NCBI GenBank assembly: GCA_049513715.1
Contig: JBEKVV010000003.1
Coordinates: 320,001 to 384,000, forward strand
Direction of reading: 5' to 3'
DNA length: 64,000 nt
Source: Candidatus Bathyarchaeia archaeon
GTDB lineage: Archaea > Thermoproteota > Bathyarchaeia > 40CM-2-53-6
Both the position numbers and the translations under genes were made by a program. This document shows positions 58,252 through 64,000 of this stretch, in pieces (positions within the stretch are counted from its first letter, which is position 1; each line of letters opens with the position of its first letter). Below the pieces are notes generated by a model, which worked only from the letters and a program-made list of their open reading frames with translations, was not told where the DNA came from and did no database searches.

Positions 58252-59076
58252 CTACCGAACCGACAAGAGCTTGCGTTCAGCTATTTTTCTTCCTCTTCTT
58301 TTGGGTCTAATCGCGTTCTCAAGAATCAGTTTCTTGCCACGCCTATACACGTAGACGTATTGCCCTCGCTCGAACCCCATCGACTCCATGAATTCGTCAG
58401 GGATACGAAGATAGGAGCCCCCTGATATATCCTCGACAAGTACTTTCGCTGGTGGCGGGGCTGCATTCAACATATCTTCCAAAGATCTAACGCTGAGCCT
58501 TTTTCTCTCGATCAATCCAGCAACTTCGCGCTGTCTCGTGACATCTGAAATACGCGATAGAAGTTCACCGTGACTGGGGCTCAAGAATCCCCCCTTCGAA
58601 ATCTCGAGACGTAAACTATCATCCAAACGCTCTAGGATAGCCAATCTCTCGCAAATGTAACTGTCACATTTGCCCACCTTTCGGGCGATTGCGTTGATCG
58701 TCCAGCCCTTGCCAAGTAACATCTTGTAGCCTTCGGCTTCTTCTATTGGGTTGACACGCATGTTTCTGAGGAGATTTTCAGAGACACGTGCAATAAACGA
58801 TTCGTCATTGCTCAAGTTGCTGACTATCGCTTGGACATGCCGAAGGCCTAGGCGCTTGCATGCTTCGAGCCGATGATTCCCGAACACAACTTCGTATCTT
58901 TGTCCCGCTCTGCGCACCATAATAGGTTGAAGCAGACCAATGTTCTCTATTGACCGCGCCAGCTCGGTGACAATGTCACCGTCGACAGGCCTCAAGATCC
59001 ATCTGGGCGGGTTCAGTCTTTCGATTTCCAAATTGACAGGCGCGTTGTTCTGTAAACGAGTGTCCTGCACGAGCAT
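58252..59076 (-). CDS. ParB/Spo0J-domain protein with HTH and C-terminal AbrB-like domain
   Basis: GLLQPIMVR, VFGNHRLEA, ENLLR, an HTH (TINAIARKVGK) and a C-terminal GSYLRIPDEFMESMGFERGQ. Confidence 0.8.
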   Translation of the reverse strand: MLVQDTRLQNNAPVNLEIERLNPPRWILRPVDGDIVTELARSIENIGLLQPIMVRRAGQRYEVVFGNHRLEACKRLGLRHVQAIVSNLSNDESFIARVSENLLRNMRVNPIEEAEGYKMLLGKGWTINAIARKVGKCDSYICERLAILERLDDSLRLEISKGGFLSPSHGELLSRISDVTRQREVAGLIERKRLSVRSLEDMLNAAPPPAKVLVEDISGGSYLRIPDEFMESMGFERGQYVYVYRRGKKLILENAIRPKRRGRKIAERKLLSVR

Positions 59077-59140
59077 GAGCGAAGGCTTCTATATCGACTT
59101 GTAACTTACAGTACCTATCAACGGAATCGGTAATAATCCA

Positions 59141-59968
59141 TTGTCTGAAGGTAGGCATACTACAATGTCCCAAGACGATATCTCAAGACTAATGGACTTC
59201 GGCCTCACGTCGCTTCAATCGAGGGCATACCTTGCCCTTCTCCGGCTCGGCACAGCGCGAGCTAGCCAAGTAAGCTCCACGATTGGAATCGTCCGTCCTG
59301 AAGCATATCGCGTGCTTCGAGAGCTATCATTGAGAGGGCTCGTCGAACGCAACTCGGGCTTGCCTTCCACCTATACAGCAAGACCTCCAAAAGAGGGAGT
59401 TTCCTCCTTGCTTCATGCGTATACTCAGAAAGTGTCTCATTTGGAGCAGAAGAGATTGAATCTGATCCAATGTCTTTCGTCCTACGCTTCTCACGTCGAA
59501 GCAGAACCTCGCCAGCGATTCAGCGTCGTTATCGGGGCGGCGAACGTCATTAGCAAAGTGGAGGAGATGATAGTGACCGCGAAAAGTGACTGCGTCGGAA
59601 TCATGAGCAAACACGGTCTCAGAAGATTGAACAGAGAGTGGGCATCAGCAGCAAAGCGGGATGTGCGTGTCAGATTGATCGCAGAGATTGATGCTTCAAA
59701 CATCGCAAACGCCGATATTCTATCGCGTCATATCGAGTTACGACGAAGTCGAGACGTTTTGATCTGTTTCAAAATAGTTGACAAGAAAGAAATGGTTCTC
59801 GGACCACCCGTCACAGATGAAGAAGCAAGTAGACGCAACTGGAGGGAAGACGATCTCTGGACGAACAATCTCAGATTCATCGGAGGAATGCACGCACTAT
59901 TTGAGAGACTCTGGAAAACTTCTCCACGATACGTCCCGTCTACTTCTCGAGCTAAGACTAGACAATGA
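59141..59968 (+). CDS. TrmB-family transcriptional regulator
   Basis: FGLTSLQSRAYLALL..HTH..LSLRGLV, followed by a sugar-binding-like domain (RDVRVRLI, IVDKKEM). Confidence 0.85.
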   Translation: MSEGRHTTMSQDDISRLMDFGLTSLQSRAYLALLRLGTARASQVSSTIGIVRPEAYRVLRELSLRGLVERNSGLPSTYTARPPKEGVSSLLHAYTQKVSHLEQKRLNLIQCLSSYASHVEAEPRQRFSVVIGAANVISKVEEMIVTAKSDCVGIMSKHGLRRLNREWASAAKRDVRVRLIAEIDASNIANADILSRHIELRRSRDVLICFKIVDKKEMVLGPPVTDEEASRRNWREDDLWTNNLRFIGGMHALFERLWKTSPRYVPSTSRAKTRQ

Positions 59969-60039
59969 AAGACCGTAATTTGGGCGGCCTCCCCTAAGGT
60001 GAAAAGCCATAGAGAGATTTCTAGTAATGTCTGGTTTTG

Positions 60040-61377
60040 CTAGGCACCAAATCCTAATTTCGAAGCGATTCTTTCGCTTCGGCGCATAGCTTCCTTGTAC
60101 AAGGATTCCTCGTCGACAGTGAGTATGCGGCCGCCCTCTGCGATTATTCTGCCATGTACAACTGTCATGCGTACGTTTCCTCCGTGGGCGGATAGGGCAA
60201 ATTGCTTAATGGGGTCGATGGCCGGCGCGAGGTTTGTGCTCTTCAAGTCTACGAGAATGAAATCAGCCCACTTTCCTTGTTCCAGTGTGCCACAGTATTT
60301 CTCCAGACCCAGCGCTTTGGCACCGTTTGTCGTTGCCATCTCAAGCAGCTGCCATGATGGAAGCACTGTCGGATCTTTGAGGTACGCTTTCTGTAGCAAG
60401 CCACCGAACCTCATTGCAGAGATCAAGTCCTGATTGTCGCTACTCGCCGAGCCATCGGTTCCTAAGGCGACGACAATTCCTCTCTTCATCAATTCAGGAA
60501 TAGGCGCAACACCGTTACCCAACTTGGCATTGCTGGTGGGGTTGTAGACCACGCAGGCATGCCCTTTCGCTAGCAGTTCTATGTCGGAATCAGTCAACCA
60601 AACGCAATGCGCCGCGACCAGTCTAGGGGTTAGAAACTGCAACTTGTCCAGGAACTCGACCGTGGTGACTCCATATTTCCCCCTCATCCTCGCGACCTCA
60701 TGAGAGGTTTCTTGAATGTGGGTGTGAATTCCAGTACCCATCTTCTCGGCCTCCTCCCAAAGTCTCATGAGGTAGTCCCTGCTGTTCACGAAGATGAGTG
60801 TAGGAGCCATGCGAAAGAGAATCCTGCCCTCAAATCCTCCGTACACTCTGTTCGCATCCCTGGTGTCGTTGAGGACTAGCTCGGCGAAGTCCTGCCCCAG
60901 GTCATCTCTGGCTCCCCGGGCCAGCACGGCGGTAAGGCCAGAATCTTTCACTGCGTCGGCAACCCTGCTTAGAATTTTGTCTTTGCCGTGATGAACAAAC
61001 ATATCATTGAACAACGTAACACCGCCCTTCGCCATTTCAGCGCATGCGAGCAACGAGGAAACGTAAACGTCCTCCGAATCAAGCATCAAACCAGCCGGCC
61101 ACACTAGTTTCTCTAACCATTCCATGAGGGGGAGGTCGTCGACGAAGCCAGCGAGAAGACGCTCGGACAAATGCGTATGGGCATTGACTAGCCCTGGGCA
61201 AACCAGGCAATCAGAGGCATCAATCTCAACATTCGCCCTGTGCTCAGAGAGAATCTGCTTTTTCGGGCCAACAGCAACAATTCGCCCATCCGTTATTGCC
61301 ATCGCGTAGTCGCGAAAAATCTCCCCGGATTGCTCCATGGTAGCGAAGAAGCCGTTTGCGACAATCATGTCCGCCAT
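60040..61377 (-). CDS. Amidohydrolase, deaminase type
   Basis: NAHTHLSE, HTHIQE, AAHCV and GTDGSASS motifs. The ATG at 61377 follows a GGGGTG RBS-like motif. Confidence 0.9.
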   Translation of the reverse strand: MADMIVANGFFATMEQSGEIFRDYAMAITDGRIVAVGPKKQILSEHRANVEIDASDCLVCPGLVNAHTHLSERLLAGFVDDLPLMEWLEKLVWPAGLMLDSEDVYVSSLLACAEMAKGGVTLFNDMFVHHGKDKILSRVADAVKDSGLTAVLARGARDDLGQDFAELVLNDTRDANRVYGGFEGRILFRMAPTLIFVNSRDYLMRLWEEAEKMGTGIHTHIQETSHEVARMRGKYGVTTVEFLDKLQFLTPRLVAAHCVWLTDSDIELLAKGHACVVYNPTSNAKLGNGVAPIPELMKRGIVVALGTDGSASSDNQDLISAMRFGGLLQKAYLKDPTVLPSWQLLEMATTNGAKALGLEKYCGTLEQGKWADFILVDLKSTNLAPAIDPIKQFALSAHGGNVRMTVVHGRIIAEGGRILTVDEESLYKEAMRRSERIASKLGFGA

Positions 61378-61690
61378 TAGCACACCCCGAACCGCGATTT
61401 GTAAGCCCGACACGTACATCGATTGTAAAGCTTAAAATACAATCCGACTGAGACCCTCTTCAATCAAATTTGGCATCACGTAGTTCAATACTTGGTGACC
61501 CCGATTGCGGCAACAGGGGGCCCTCCAAGAGCCTTCAGCATTGTGATTGATGATATGCTACAAAATCCGCGAGAGTTTGGAGAATATTTCGGTTCCGTTT
61601 GGATTTACTCGAGGCATTGACAAGAATCGGTATTAAGCTGTAACTCGTTAGCACTTTCGCACCTGAACATCTCGTTCAGGGGGATGTAAA

Positions 61691-62947
61691 ATGCCAGACA
61701 TTAAGGAAACTATCGAAACGGCCAACGCGAAAGTTGTCGATATTATCATAAATTCCAAACCTGCGCTTGTAGATGTGAGGCATGCGGTAGACGTTATTCC
61801 AGGCATGAGCAAAACGCTAATTCTGCATTCTGGTCCGCCCGTTCGCTGGGACGAAATGTGTGGGCCTCAGAAGGGTGGAGTCGTCGCGGCCGCAATCTAT
61901 GAAGGCTTGGCGAACAATTGGAAAGAGACTGAAGACCGGGTCCGGTCTGGGGAGATCAAGCTCGGCTCGTGCCATGAGCACGGTTCTGTAGGTTCTATGA
62001 CGGGCATTACCTCGGCTTCGATGTGGGTTCACTGTGTTAAGAACGATGATACAATGGGCTATTGTGCGATTTACGAGGGAAGAGGAAACACAAGCGCCTT
62101 CGGAGGCTACAACAACGAAGTCATCGACCGACTCAGATGGATGGATCGAGTGTTAGGGCCCGCTCTCCATGATGCGATGACAAATGCCGGGGAAATTCTG
62201 TTAACACCCATAATTTCAAAGGCGCTGATAATGGGAGACGAATGCCACAACCGAAACTGGGCCGCCACTCTCCTCTTTGTTGACGCAATAAATCCCTATC
62301 TTGCATCTACAGACCTTTCGAAACTTGAGATCTCGAAGATTCTGGACTTCATCACTAAACCCCATTACAACTATTTCTTGACGCTGTCCATGCCTGCCTG
62401 CAAGTCCGTTCTGGACAAGGCCACGAATGTGCCACATAGCACCATCGTAACAACGATGGCCCGAAATGGATTCGAATTTGGAATCAGGGTGAGTGGATTG
62501 GGCAGTCAATGGTTTACGGCCCCAGCGCCAGTAATTGCTGGCTCCTACTTCCCAGGGTTCAGTGCGAAAGATGCGAACCCCGACATGGGGGACAGTGCGA
62601 TAACAGAAACCGGCGGGCTCGGGGCTTTCGCCCTCGCAGCTGCTCCAGCCCTAACCCAACTCGTCGGGCAGACGGCTGCCGACGCAATTGACTATACGAT
62701 GCAGATGGGAGAGATCACGGCCACTCAAAACCCGAACTACCAAATCCCATACTTGGGATTTCAAGGGACACCAACAGGAATCGACATCCGAAAAGTGATT
62801 CGCACAGGAATCGCGCCCGTAATAGATACTGGCATTGCGCATAAGGAGCCTGGGATTGGGCAGATTGGCGCCGGAATAACGCGAGCCCCGATGGAGGCTT
62901 TTCGCAAGGCCTTCGAGGCATTCGCGAAATTAGAGGGCTTGGCCTGA
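61691..62947 (+). CDS. DUF1116 (YlbE/YahG-like) protein
   Basis: LHSGPP, MCGPQKG, MGDECHNRN, MARNG, DMGDSAITET.G.G and DTGIAH motifs. Confidence 0.85.
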   Translation: MPDIKETIETANAKVVDIIINSKPALVDVRHAVDVIPGMSKTLILHSGPPVRWDEMCGPQKGGVVAAAIYEGLANNWKETEDRVRSGEIKLGSCHEHGSVGSMTGITSASMWVHCVKNDDTMGYCAIYEGRGNTSAFGGYNNEVIDRLRWMDRVLGPALHDAMTNAGEILLTPIISKALIMGDECHNRNWAATLLFVDAINPYLASTDLSKLEISKILDFITKPHYNYFLTLSMPACKSVLDKATNVPHSTIVTTMARNGFEFGIRVSGLGSQWFTAPAPVIAGSYFPGFSAKDANPDMGDSAITETGGLGAFALAAAPALTQLVGQTAADAIDYTMQMGEITATQNPNYQIPYLGFQGTPTGIDIRKVIRTGIAPVIDTGIAHKEPGIGQIGAGITRAPMEAFRKAFEAFAKLEGLA

Positions 62948-63007
62948 CGAATCCAGCTAGCAAATCCTTTATCATCGAAAAACACTGACAGCCTCGAGTT
63001 CTCAGGC

Positions 63008-63394
63008 ATGAACGACGACAAAGCGCAGAAACTGATCGATAGAATGCGAAGCGAACGCGGCTACTTGCTTCCTGAATGGGCGCTCATGGCTAAACAAGAC
63101 CCAGATTACATGGAAGCTTATGACGAGCTCTACAAGCACACAATGACGAAGGAGAAGCATTTGCCAATTAAGGTCAAGGAATTGGTTGCGATTGTGGGAC
63201 TCTCTGCGCGCGGGGAAGAGGAAGGAATCGAGGCGCACATTAACCGTGCAATTAGACACGGTGCAACCGTAGGTGAAATTGTAGAGGCCCTTCAAGTGGG
63301 TGTTGTGACGACGGGCACACCCACCATGTTTTACGGGCTTAAGGTCTTGCGAAGGATCCTAGAGGCAAAAGAGGAATTGAAGGACCGGGTTTAA
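63008..63394 (+). CDS. Carboxymuconolactone decarboxylase family protein (no CxxC)
   Basis: LPIKVKELVAI...H..RAIRHGAT..EI.EAL pattern. Confidence 0.85.
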   Translation: MNDDKAQKLIDRMRSERGYLLPEWALMAKQDPDYMEAYDELYKHTMTKEKHLPIKVKELVAIVGLSARGEEEGIEAHINRAIRHGATVGEIVEALQVGVVTTGTPTMFYGLKVLRRILEAKEELKDRV

Positions 63395-64000
63395 GGAAAC
63401 GGCCCGACCCGGGCTCTGCGTTGACAACACCTTCTCGGGCGACAATTCGTCCCCTAGAGATTGTGACCAACGGTCTACCGTAGACTCTGTAGCCGTCGTA
63501 GATGATGGCCGCACCTTTGTCTTTGGAGTAGAAATCGTCGACACTGAGTTTGCTTTCGCGGCCGTATTCAACTATGACAAGATCCGCGTCCGAGCCTACT
63601 TGGATTGTTCCCTTCCCTGGAAATAGACCGTAAAGCTTTGCGGGGTTCAGGGCCATCAGTGAGACCAGTTTCTGGAGCGATAGTCTCCCGTTCTTCACAT
63701 GTGTTAGCATGACAGGTAACATGGCTTGGATGCCTGTCACCCCCGCTTGTGCCAGGAAGACATCCTTGCGGCCCCTCTCCTTGTGCTCTTTATCGAACGG
63801 GGCATGGTCGGACCCGATGATTTGAATCTCTCCTTCAGCTACAGCCCGCCACAAAGCCTTCTGGTCGGCTTTCTCGCGTATGGGAGGGCTCACTTTGCCA
63901 TATGGGCCTAGCCTGGCGGCTTCTTCGATAGTGAACGTTAGGTAGTGAGGACATGTCTCCGCCGTTGCGAAGTAATTGATTCCCCTCAGCATCTTGATCA
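63339..64000 (-). CDS. Dihydroorotase/allantoinase-family amidohydrolase, C-terminal part
   Basis: ETCPHYL, KVSPPIR, GSDHAP, NPAK and GSDAD motifs; the 5' end lies beyond the window. Confidence 0.85.
   Translation of the reverse strand, partial: IKMLRGINYFATAETCPHYLTFTIEEAARLGPYGKVSPPIREKADQKALWRAVAEGEIQIIGSDHAPFDKEHKERGRKDVFLAQAGVTGIQAMLPVMLTHVKNGRLSLQKLVSLMALNPAKLYGLFPGKGTIQVGSDADLVIVEYGRESKLSVDDFYSKDKGAAIIYDGYRVYGRPLVTISRGRIVAREGVVNAEPGSGRFLKPGPSIPLLPLGSFARP

Noticed and set aside
58252..59076. Plasmid or prophage partition module
   Set aside because: There are no parA, replication, integrase or viral genes nearby.
63339..63394. 56-bp convergent overlap of the CMD and amidohydrolase genes
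   Set aside because: Best explained as a non-conserved C-terminal tail; such overlaps are common in compact genomes.
1..64000. tRNA, rRNA, CRISPR arrays and the many short antisense ORFs in the track
   Set aside because: I saw no cloverleaf, rRNA or repeat-spacer pattern by eye (tRNAscan-SE and Infernal were not run). The short ORFs are shadows of well-supported genes.

Overview
This is an archaeal genome segment. It carries a proteasome beta subunit, a translin, a stand-alone TRAM protein, RtcA and TrmB, and uses many TTG/GTG starts; a Bathyarchaeia-like origin is my inference, not something the sequence proves. About 7 kb of mostly housekeeping genes are followed by about 56 kb of anaerobic catabolic genes for N-heterocycles, nucleosides and amines. 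These include two tungsten AORs, two class III aminotransferases, a QueG homologue, a PTPS/QueD-fold protein, six deaminase-type amidohydrolases, two cyclic amidohydrolases, APC permeases, a BMP nucleoside ABC transporter, a nucleoside phosphorylase, a split xanthine-dehydrogenase-family enzyme, an M20 hydrolase, two nitrilases, a UbiD and a DUF1116 protein. The most interesting element is a complete hpdBCA-like glycyl-radical decarboxylase operon in an archaeon. It lies 8 bp downstream of a molybdo-hydroxylase large subunit, and both catalytic glutamates of 4-hydroxyphenylacetate decarboxylase appear replaced (GGCLQ instead of GGCLE; Asn at the Glu637 position), which suggests a new substrate or mechanism. 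Other notable features are a perfect 180-bp inverted repeat inside two otherwise diverged DUF1989 paralogues, several genes whose conserved N-termini need non-ATG/GTG/TTG starts, and two pseudogenes. I did not recognise any rRNA, tRNA, CRISPR array or transposase by eye.
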